This document shows, in pieces, positions 1-7,059 of a DNA stretch of 13,056 bases. The position numbers and the translations under genes are program-made. The notes under the pieces were generated by a model. It saw only the letters and a program-made list of their open reading frames with translations, was not told the DNA's origin and ran no database searches. Position 1 is the stretch's first letter, and each line of letters opens with the position of its first letter. Source of the DNA: Sulfurimonadaceae bacterium (GTDB taxonomy: Bacteria; Campylobacterota; Campylobacteria; Campylobacterales; Sulfurimonadaceae). The stretch covers positions 1 to 13,056 of the forward strand of contig JBFESZ010000059.1 in the NCBI GenBank assembly GCA_041548245.1. The letters are read 5' to 3'.

Positions 1-747
1 GCCATAGCCAATGAGGCCAAGGCAGAGATAGATGCCGCCAAGGCTAAACTGAAAGCGGCACAAAAGCGTATAGAAAAAGTACAGCAACAAAGTGAAGAGG
101 CGCGCTATAAGACAAAGACTGAAATATCTTACAGTAATACGAAAGGGAATACGAATACACAGCGTTTCGGTTTGGACTTTCATGGTGAACGCAAACGCAA
201 GAAAAACACCATGACACTGGATGTAAGCGCACTGCAGTCAAGCAGTAACGGAGTTGAAGACAATAACAAATGGAACGCGCTTGCACAATATGACAGGGAT
301 ATTACAAAAAAGCTGTTTTTTAATTATCTGATTTTCTATGGCGAAGACAAGTTCTCCGGTTTTGATTATCAGTTCAGTACCGGTCCGGGTCTTGGATACA
401 AGGCAATTAGAAGTGACAATCACAAGCTTGACCTGCGGGCAAATGCATTGTACTCAAAAGATGATATTCAAGGCGGAGGAAGCAACGAGTATGCATCATG
501 GGTTGCCGGATTCAACTATAAGTGGGCAATCCTTGAGAATTTGGATTTTTTTCAGGATGCGACCTTCAAGTCACAGTTTGATCACTTCGAGAACTACTTT
601 GTCTACTCCAAGACGGCAATCGAGAGCAAGCTAAACAGTATGTTTTCATTGGGGATGAGTTATAAGGTGGATTATAAAAACATTCCTGCAGAGGGCAGAA
701 AACGCACCGACAGAGTTTTTCTGGCGTCATTGATCATTAACTATTAA
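1..747 (+). CDS. DUF481/YdiY-like outer-membrane beta-barrel protein (5'-truncated; frame open from base 1) with an N-terminal Ala/Lys/Glu-rich coiled coil
   Basis: Frame 1 reads AIANEAKAEIDAAKAKLKAAQKRIEKVQQQSEEARYKTKTEISYSNTKGNTNTQRFGLDF... with no stop before TAA at 745-747, so the TTG at 172 is internal. DUF481-type motifs SYSNTKGNT, YGEDKFSGFDYQFSTGPGLGY and YKVDYKNIP...KRTDR. Alternating hydrophobic strands and a terminal aromatic residue (LIINY). Confidence 0.85.
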   Translation, partial: AIANEAKAEIDAAKAKLKAAQKRIEKVQQQSEEARYKTKTEISYSNTKGNTNTQRFGLDFHGERKRKKNTMTLDVSALQSSSNGVEDNNKWNALAQYDRDITKKLFFNYLIFYGEDKFSGFDYQFSTGPGLGYKAIRSDNHKLDLRANALYSKDDIQGGGSNEYASWVAGFNYKWAILENLDFFQDATFKSQFDHFENYFVYSKTAIESKLNSMFSLGMSYKVDYKNIPAEGRKRTDRVFLASLIINY

Positions 748-780
748 GAGGCACTGTTTAGGCAGTGTTATCTTCTTTTT
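746..780 (+). terminator. Putative intrinsic terminator after the first DUF481 gene
   Basis: Stem GGCACTGT (750-757) / GCAGTGTT (762-769, with G-U pairs), loop TTAG, outer AAGA/TCTT pairing, followed by CTTTTT. Confidence 0.55.
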
Positions 781-793
781 AGAGAGTTTCATC

Positions 794-799
794 TACAAT
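794..799 (+). promoter_or_regulatory. Putative sigma70 -10 (TACAAT) for the second DUF481 gene
   Basis: TACAAT about 20 nt upstream of ATG 819 and just after the terminator-like hairpin; weak AGG SD at 811-813. Confidence 0.4.
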
Positions 800-818
800 T
801 TCGCATTTTTAGGCATGA

Positions 819-1994
819 ATGATGATACGGCTCCTACTTCTTATACAGCTTTTTATTTTTAACTGTTTTGCTATTGTTGACATCGCCTCTATTGATTTCG
901 GGGAGAAAGATGCAGGCTTGAGTGGATCGTTTTATGGTTCCTTCCAGAAGAAACGGGGAAACACCCATAAGGATGAGTCCGAATATGGCGGACGCATTCA
1001 GTATGACACAAACAAGACGATAACCTGGCTGCAAGGCTTTATCGAACACGATGAGGCGAGCGGAAAGACAACAGATGACAACGCATTCGCCCATCTTCGT
1101 CATATCCATCAGCTCTTCAGTCCAGAGTGGGCGATGGAGTTCTATTTACAGTTTAAACAAGACAGATTTAAAAACCTCAAAGAGCGTCGGTTGATCGGTA
1201 TTGGACCCCGTTATAAAATAGTCGATTCACCTTCTTATGGAAAGCTGTTCTTTGGCCTTTCCGTCATGGATGAGAGAATAAAGTACAATGCGATTGACCC
1301 TGCTGAACATAACTATCGCATCAGCTCCTATTTTTCCTATAACTATAGCGTTAATAAGATGTTTGAATTGAGCTATATCGGTTATTACCAGCCGAAGATC
1401 GACAACGGTTCAGACTATACAACGGCCTCATTGGCGGAGATGACGATTCACCTGAGTAAAGTGTTTGATCTGAGTTATCTGTTGGAGTTTGATTACGACT
1501 CCGAACCGCCTTATGGAATACAACGCACTGACAGCAGGCAAAGGCTCTCTTTTATTTACCGTTTTGCTCAGGACGATCCACTAAGCGTGCATGCCCAAAA
1601 CATGCTGAACTCATCGTTATCTTTAGAAAATGCTAAGAACAGTTCAATTAGTGTTGCATCCGAAGCCAAAAATGTCAAGGTTGAAGATGTCAATGAGACC
1701 TTTATGGGCGAGTGGAGAGGCAAGAGCGCGCGCTTTTTGATCTCAGTTGATGGTAAGGGATATCATATGGATGCAGAGGGGATCTATGAAGAAAGGATCA
1801 CTTGGAGACTCATCTCGACAGAAGTTACAGAAAATAAGCAGGCCAAAGTTGTGATTATCAGCTTTGTTGATGAAGAGGGGCGTGTCTCAAAAGCAGAGAA
1901 TTATCTGTGGAGCGAGAATACTCTAATCGGACTTTCAGGAAGTAATATCAAGGCTTTTAGAAGAGAGGCATGTGCGTCTGTGTTCCAGCCATAA
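819..1994 (+). CDS. DUF481-family outer-membrane beta-barrel with an extra ~142-aa C-terminal domain
   Basis: Signal peptide (MMIRLLLLIQLFIFNCFA). DUF481-like motifs KRGNT, FAHLRHIH, QFKQDRF..L..RRLIGIGPRY, YYQPKI and YDSEPP..IQRTD. The barrel-type end SFIYRF at aa ~249 is followed by a further soluble region. Confidence 0.8.
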   Translation: MMIRLLLLIQLFIFNCFAIVDIASIDFGEKDAGLSGSFYGSFQKKRGNTHKDESEYGGRIQYDTNKTITWLQGFIEHDEASGKTTDDNAFAHLRHIHQLFSPEWAMEFYLQFKQDRFKNLKERRLIGIGPRYKIVDSPSYGKLFFGLSVMDERIKYNAIDPAEHNYRISSYFSYNYSVNKMFELSYIGYYQPKIDNGSDYTTASLAEMTIHLSKVFDLSYLLEFDYDSEPPYGIQRTDSRQRLSFIYRFAQDDPLSVHAQNMLNSSLSLENAKNSSISVASEAKNVKVEDVNETFMGEWRGKSARFLISVDGKGYHMDAEGIYEERITWRLISTEVTENKQAKVVIISFVDEEGRVSKAENYLWSENTLIGLSGSNIKAFRREACASVFQP

Positions 1995-3086
1995 AAACAT
2001 GAAGCTCAAGAGCGTTATCATTGCGGCGACAACATAGAGCCCCTGCGGCGATACTTCATAAATGAAACCTGAGCCTGCCGCCCCGATAAACCCTCCCATC
2101 CCATAAGCGATACCGGCAAAGAACTGTTGGGATAGCTTCTTGTTGGCATAGAGTGAATGCAGGTACATGATTGCTGCTGAATGATAGAGGGCGAAACTGA
2201 AAGCATGAATACTTTGGGAGATAAACAAGAGCACAAGGTTTTCCGGGAAAAAGGCAAGAATCAACCAGCGTATAACAGTGATGCCAACTGAGAGTTGCAG
2301 AAGTCTTAACAAGTTGCCTTGAAGAAGCGGTGCCTGAAAATAGAGCATAAAGACTTCACATATCACGCCAAAACTCCAAAGATAGATCGTGATCTCCATA
2401 GCAGAAAGATCAAACTGCTCTACCCCGATGGGATGAGAACTCGCATAGATAGTAAAGAAGTTATAAAATGCGCCAAACCCTACTTGCATAAGAAAGAGGC
2501 TGAGCCATAAAGGCCAATGCTCCATAAGCCGAAAAGGTTTACCCTCAGAGTCTTTTGCAATGACTCTTTTGGCTTCATGTCGTGCTGTCAGAAGACCGAA
2601 TACAAGGGTCAACAGAGCACTGATGTTTAAAAAGGTGATGGCATTGGTGGGGGTGGCAAGGTAGTTCACTAAAACTAATGAAACCAAGATAAACCCGATC
2701 GATCCAAAAAGTCTTACCTTCCCATAACTCTCTTTTGGCATATGCGAAAGTGCAACACTCTCGACATAAGGAATAACAAGGCTCATTCCTATACCAAGCA
2801 GGATATTGCTCAGTAGTAACGGCCAGAAAAATGAGATAAAGGGATAAAAAAGAAGAGAGGAGACAAAAGTGAGTACCAAGGCAGCGTTAAAGACTCTCGC
2901 ATCCAAAGAGATGTATTTCAAAAAGAGAAAGGGCATCAAAAAACGTACTAAAGGAGCTGCCGCGAAGATAATACCGATTTCAGAAGGAGAGTATCCGACA
3001 ATTTGAAGGACCTTTGGCATGAAGATGACATAAACGGCCACAATGGAAAAGTAAAAGAAATAAAAAGAGCCTATGATAAGTGCCAT
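1935..3086 (-). CDS. MFS transporter (HcaT/nucleoside:H+ symporter/LacY-like group)
   Basis: 383 aa with ~12 hydrophobic segments; motifs GYSPSEIGIIF, YGKVRLFGSIGF, FYNFFTIY, WSFGVICEV, IRWLI and SQSIHAFSF are typical of HcaT-like MFS proteins. Substrate unknown. Confidence 0.9.
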   Translation of the reverse strand: MALIIGSFYFFYFSIVAVYVIFMPKVLQIVGYSPSEIGIIFAAAPLVRFLMPFLFLKYISLDARVFNAALVLTFVSSLLFYPFISFFWPLLLSNILLGIGMSLVIPYVESVALSHMPKESYGKVRLFGSIGFILVSLVLVNYLATPTNAITFLNISALLTLVFGLLTARHEAKRVIAKDSEGKPFRLMEHWPLWLSLFLMQVGFGAFYNFFTIYASSHPIGVEQFDLSAMEITIYLWSFGVICEVFMLYFQAPLLQGNLLRLLQLSVGITVIRWLILAFFPENLVLLFISQSIHAFSFALYHSAAIMYLHSLYANKKLSQQFFAGIAYGMGGFIGAAGSGFIYEVSPQGLYVVAAMITLLSFMFLWLEHRRTCLSSKSLDITS

Positions 3087-3092
3087 GCTGAT

Positions 3093-3617
3093 CTATTCTT
3101 GTCCGCGTTTATAGATTACGGCAGTATGGCTAAAGATGTCGTGAAGGGTTCGTTTTTTTGGATGAAAGAGCATAATGACAGCACTTAAAAACGTGAAGAC
3201 AGGCATGATGAAAAATAGAAGTCTGACAACAAGCTGAAGTAGCCCGGCCTTTTTATGTGTATGAATATCAACGATGATAATGTTCGCCATTTTTTTCCCG
3301 GGGGTCTGTCCGCTTTGATACCAGAATGCGAGGGTGATCGTTGACCATAACGACATGGTGAGTAAAGGAATCAAGACATTGGGTTCCTTGGTTGGCTTTA
3401 TACCTTCGATCGCATCGATAAACCCGGGTTGATTCTGCATCGTCTCATAGCCGAAAGAGAAATAGATTAAAAGGCTGATGGGAATGCCAATCATAAAGAC
3501 ATCGACACTTAAAGCCAAAAAACGTGACCAAAAACCGGCATAAAAAACCCTTTCTTGGGCAGAAGCTTTATCTTTAATGGTGTTTTTTCCTTTTTTTACG
3601 TCTTTCCATCGTGCCAT
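3093..3617 (-). CDS. RDD family membrane protein
   Basis: YAGFWSRFLALSVD (R...D), GQTPGKK and KKRTLHDIFSHT (final D) signature. Lies 6 nt upstream of the MFS gene, so probably co-transcribed. Confidence 0.93.
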   Translation of the reverse strand: MARWKDVKKGKNTIKDKASAQERVFYAGFWSRFLALSVDVFMIGIPISLLIYFSFGYETMQNQPGFIDAIEGIKPTKEPNVLIPLLTMSLWSTITLAFWYQSGQTPGKKMANIIIVDIHTHKKAGLLQLVVRLLFFIMPVFTFLSAVIMLFHPKKRTLHDIFSHTAVIYKRGQE

Positions 3618-3640
3618 CTAACTTCTTTTATTTTTTATGA

Positions 3641-3648
3641 ATTATATC
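3641..3648 (-). promoter_or_regulatory. Putative sigma70 -10 (gaTATAAT) for the RDD-MFS operon
   Basis: Minus strand reads AGGATATAATTC; TATAAT at 3646-3641, about 23 nt upstream of ATG 3617; matches the gnTATAAT pattern of Campylobacterota. Confidence 0.6.
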
Positions 3649-3734
3649 CTATGTCGGAGATTTAAAGGATTGTAAAAAGAGTATTAATTCATAGATGACA
3701 ATATTCAATTAATGATTTTGTAATTTTTTTAATC

Positions 3735-3740
3735 TATACT
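3735..3740 (+). promoter_or_regulatory. Putative -10 (TATACT) for the lipoprotein-RR-HK operon
   Basis: TATACT about 30 nt upstream of the start; AAAGG SD at 3756-3760. Confidence 0.4.
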
Positions 3741-3769
3741 ATGATGTTTGAATTAAAAGGTAATGTTTG

Positions 3770-5188
3770 ATGTATAGAATATTTTTTCCCCTAATATTGA
3801 TTGTGTTTACGGGCTGTGTTAGTGAACCGGATCCGCATGAAAGAGCGATAGACAGGTCTATGGCTGAAATGCGTGCAAAGATGGAGGCCAGCCAGAAACG
3901 AAGGTTTGCTAATGTAGAGGATGCTTATGCCGGCAGGATTGTTCTTGAAGCAGAGAAGATGGATTCAGATACCAAGGATGTTGATGATCCGACAGCGTAT
4001 GTCTATAAGGGAGAAGTTTTAAATACGCCGGCGGAAGAAGCGTGGAAAAAAGCGGGAATTGATAACCATGAATACCCTCAATGGGCTGCTTTGGGGATGG
4101 AGGCAGATGAAGTCAAGGATTGGAAGGGACTGGGCGTGAGCTATGCAGCCATTGCCGTTTTTAAAGAATCGGGATACACCGTGAAGAAAGCACAAGAGTT
4201 TTTGGGTAAAGAGTTCAGTCATCGTCCTGTCTTTTATGAACAGTTTGGTACACCGGTTTATGAGTTTGACTCCATCTGCCAGGGAGTCATCAAACGACAA
4301 TCAGCCCCTTTCGCCTATTTGGAAGAGAAATGTCTACCGTACATGGAAGCATCACATAAAAATGAAATGTTAGGGCATCTGTTGGATGAGACAGGTGTAG
4401 CCAAAGGCCCGCTACCTCTTGAATATTTGGCTGAATTACGCCGATTGGCTGCAAAAAACGGTGAGATACAATCCGGTATGGAAGTGAGTATCGAAGAGTT
4501 TATTGAAGATGAGGATACTGAAAACTTCATCTATCTTTTTCCTTTGCTAAAATCAGAACCTACAGATGATGAGATGAGGTTTATTCGTGATAATAAGCTT
4601 CCTTTGGAGAAAGCAGAGAGGTATTATTCCTATCAAAACCCGAAATACTGGAAAGAAAAAGCTGCAGCCGAAGATGCCGAACGCAAAGCAGCGGCGCAGC
4701 AAGAGGCGATGCTAAGAGCCAAAGAGGCCAAAGAGAAAAGACTTGCTGCCGAGAAAATAGCAGAGGAAAAGGCAAAGGCGAAACTTAAAGCTCTGAAGGA
4801 GAAGCAAGCCAAAGAAAAAGCAGAAGAGGAAAGAGTTTTAGCTGTTCGCCGAGCGAAAGCCGAAGCCGTCTGCGGAACAAGAATAGCACCTGATCAGCTT
4901 TCTCAAAAAGAGGTCTATGTCGATGGAAAAGTCGTCTTTACAGTTGATGAACATGGGGACAAGATGTTTGGATACGGAGTAAAAAGTAGTGTTGACAATA
5001 GAATATATTTCATACGCGATCCAAAAAACAGAGCTAAAAAATCCGTTGGTGCCATTATAACTTGGAAATTAAAGACCATGGGGCGTACAGAAGCTCTGAG
5101 CAAAGTCTCAGAGAGAGAATACACTTATGATAAAAAGAGTGAAACCAAGTTCACCATGGCTCTTTTTATGGATGATTGCAAACTATGA
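3770..5188 (+). CDS. Uncharacterised lipoprotein with 13-aa (W/F)xxxG repeats, a long charged coiled coil and a C-terminal beta domain
   Basis: Lipoprotein signal MYRIFFPLILIVFTG-C; start ATG 3770 or TTG 3767 after an AAAGG SD; long ORF ending 6 nt before the response regulator. Confidence 0.8.
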   Translation: MYRIFFPLILIVFTGCVSEPDPHERAIDRSMAEMRAKMEASQKRRFANVEDAYAGRIVLEAEKMDSDTKDVDDPTAYVYKGEVLNTPAEEAWKKAGIDNHEYPQWAALGMEADEVKDWKGLGVSYAAIAVFKESGYTVKKAQEFLGKEFSHRPVFYEQFGTPVYEFDSICQGVIKRQSAPFAYLEEKCLPYMEASHKNEMLGHLLDETGVAKGPLPLEYLAELRRLAAKNGEIQSGMEVSIEEFIEDEDTENFIYLFPLLKSEPTDDEMRFIRDNKLPLEKAERYYSYQNPKYWKEKAAAEDAERKAAAQQEAMLRAKEAKEKRLAAEKIAEEKAKAKLKALKEKQAKEKAEEERVLAVRRAKAEAVCGTRIAPDQLSQKEVYVDGKVVFTVDEHGDKMFGYGVKSSVDNRIYFIRDPKNRAKKSVGAIITWKLKTMGRTEALSKVSEREYTYDKKSETKFTMALFMDDCKL

Positions 5189-5194
5189 GTATAG

Positions 5195-5857
5195 ATGAAA
5201 AAGATACTGCTGCTTGAAGATGATGTCAATCTCAGTGAGACAATTGAAGAGTTCTTAAGTGAGGAGGGCTTTGAGATTGAGGCTGTTTATGATGGTCAAA
5301 GTGCAGAGGACCTTATCTATGAGAGGGCATATGACCTTTTCTTGCTTGATGTAAATGTTCCTTCGCCAAATGGTTTTGAGCTGTTGAAATCCTCGCGTGA
5401 ACAGGGCAAAACGACACCTGCTATCTTTATTACCTCATTAAACTCTATGGAGGACCTTTCAAAGGGTTTCGAAAGTGGTTGTGACGATTATATCCGAAAG
5501 CCTTTCGCCTTGCAGGAACTTCTATTGCGTATCAATAATATTTTACAAAGGAATTTCTTTCACAACCCCAATGAGACGCTTAACATTGATAATGATCTCT
5601 CTTATGACGTGAAAGCAGATGAACTTCTAAACAGAGGTGAAAAGGTTTCCTTGCATAACAAAGAGAAGCTTCTGTTAAAGCTTTTTTTACAACATTCAAA
5701 CGAGCAGATAAGTCATGAGGTGATTTACCAGCATCTGTGGGGATTTGATGAAGAACCGAGTGATGATGCACTCAGGACCTATATCAAAAACCTGAGAAAA
5801 GTCTTGGGAAAGGATAGAATTGTTAGTATCAAACGCTACGGATATAAGTTCTCCTGA
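5195..5857 (+). CDS. OmpR/PhoB-family response regulator, DccR/CrdR-like
   Basis: REC domain (ILLLEDD, LLDVNVP, IFITS, DDYIRKPF) plus winged-helix DNA-binding domain (LWGFDEEPSDDALRTYIKNLRKVLG, RYGY). From memory it closely resembles C. jejuni DccR; orthology not established. Confidence 0.93.
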   Translation: MKKILLLEDDVNLSETIEEFLSEEGFEIEAVYDGQSAEDLIYERAYDLFLLDVNVPSPNGFELLKSSREQGKTTPAIFITSLNSMEDLSKGFESGCDDYIRKPFALQELLLRINNILQRNFFHNPNETLNIDNDLSYDVKADELLNRGEKVSLHNKEKLLLKLFLQHSNEQISHEVIYQHLWGFDEEPSDDALRTYIKNLRKVLGKDRIVSIKRYGYKFS

Positions 5858-7007
5858 ACATAAGTCTCTACGAGCCTTTGTCGTTTTGTATACGCTGATG
5901 TGGCTCTTTATCCTTGCTCTTTTGGCATCAATTTATTATAGGAATGAAAAAGAGGTGATGTTATCAGAACATCGTCTCTCTATGCAGCTTGTCAATGAGA
6001 CCTATTACCAGAAGATAGACTCTTTTTACAAACATGACTATCTTCCTCGCAGTATTGCTTATAATACAGCGGTTTTTGATGTCAACAAGAGGCCGATGGT
6101 CTCTTACCTGGAAGATAGTGAAGTCGATTTTACTCAGGTGATATCGCTTAAAAACGGTTACATTCATTTTGTGGTACCTTTGGGTAAAAACATGAAAGGG
6201 GCGAAGTATCTTGTATATGAGACACAAGACAACCGGCTTTGGTGGAATGCTTTGGTCAAAGACCTTCTTGTTTATGGTGTGTTGGTCTTTGTTTTTATTT
6301 CTGTCATAGGAATCAATCTTTTGCGTATATTTTTACGACCTATGCGTGAGTCGATCAAACTACTTGATAATTTTATCAAAGATACGACACATGAACTCAA
6401 TACACCGGTCTCTGTCATTGTGGCTAATATAGAGGGTATAGAGCTTCAAAAGCTTGATGATAAAATCGCTAAAAAGATTCGTCGGGTGGATATCGCAGCA
6501 CGTACGATATCAAATATATATAATGATCTTACTTACTTGGTCTTGCATAATAATCTTGCTGTTGAGGACGAGCAGATCAATCTATCCAGGTTCTTGTGCG
6601 AACGCGTGGACTATTTTAAAGTCGGCATCGAACAAAAAAGAGTGACGTTTAGCCGAGAGGTCGATGATGACGTCATGATCACAATGGATAGGAACAAGTT
6701 GGGCCGTTTGATTGACAATATCATCTCTAACGCAATTAAATATAATCGTGTAGGTGGACATATTCACATAGAGTTGACAGAAGGTGTTCTTAAAATATCA
6801 GATACAGGCATAGGAATTCCAAAAGAGAAGATTGCACGTATTTTTGAGCGTTATCAAAGGGCCAATGAGAGTGTTGGAGGTTTTGGTATAGGGTTGCACA
6901 TTGTTGCCATGATTGCAGAAGAGTATGGGATCGAGATCAAAGTTGATTCAGAACAGAACAAAGGCACGCAGATAGAGCTAAAATGGAAGTCAACTGATAA
7001 CTGTTAA
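5820..7007 (+). CDS. Sensor histidine kinase, DccS/CrdS-like
   Basis: Two TM helices flanking a ~100-aa periplasmic domain; H-box FIKDTTHELNTP, N-box NIISNAIKY, G1 DTGIG, F-box IFERY, G2 GGFGIGL. TTG start with AAGGA SD at 5810-5814 overlaps the regulator by 38 nt. Confidence 0.92.
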   Translation: MLVSNATDISSPEHKSLRAFVVLYTLMWLFILALLASIYYRNEKEVMLSEHRLSMQLVNETYYQKIDSFYKHDYLPRSIAYNTAVFDVNKRPMVSYLEDSEVDFTQVISLKNGYIHFVVPLGKNMKGAKYLVYETQDNRLWWNALVKDLLVYGVLVFVFISVIGINLLRIFLRPMRESIKLLDNFIKDTTHELNTPVSVIVANIEGIELQKLDDKIAKKIRRVDIAARTISNIYNDLTYLVLHNNLAVEDEQINLSRFLCERVDYFKVGIEQKRVTFSREVDDDVMITMDRNKLGRLIDNIISNAIKYNRVGGHIHIELTEGVLKISDTGIGIPKEKIARIFERYQRANESVGGFGIGLHIVAMIAEEYGIEIKVDSEQNKGTQIELKWKSTDNC

Positions 7008-7036
7008 CACTTTTGTAACACTCCTCCTTTTATAAT
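7005..7036 (+). promoter_or_regulatory. TonB receptor promoter: TAACACT direct repeat (11-bp period) over the -35 region plus a perfect TATAAT -10
   Basis: TAACACT at 7005-7011 and 7016-7022; TATAAT at 7031-7036; AAGGA SD at 7049-7053; ATG 7060. Confidence 0.7.
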
Positions 7037-7059
7037 TCACGCCTATCAAAGGAAGAGAA

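Noticed and set aside
172-174. TTG start for the first ORF
   Set aside because: The frame is open from base 1 and the conserved SYSNTKGNT strand lies upstream, so the true start is outside the window.
3636-3693. Inverted repeat TATGAATTA / TAATTCATA with a 40-bp spacer
   Set aside because: Almost all A/T in a very AT-rich spacer; plausible by chance.
4651-4869. Calling the lipoprotein TolA or TonB
   Set aside because: Only compositional similarity; it has a lipobox rather than a TM anchor, no TonB/TolA C-terminal motif and no exbBD/tolQR neighbours.
7008-7059. Fur box or riboswitch upstream of the TonB receptor
   Set aside because: No GATAATGAT-like inverted repeat, and the predicted 5' UTR of under 20 nt is too short for a riboswitch.
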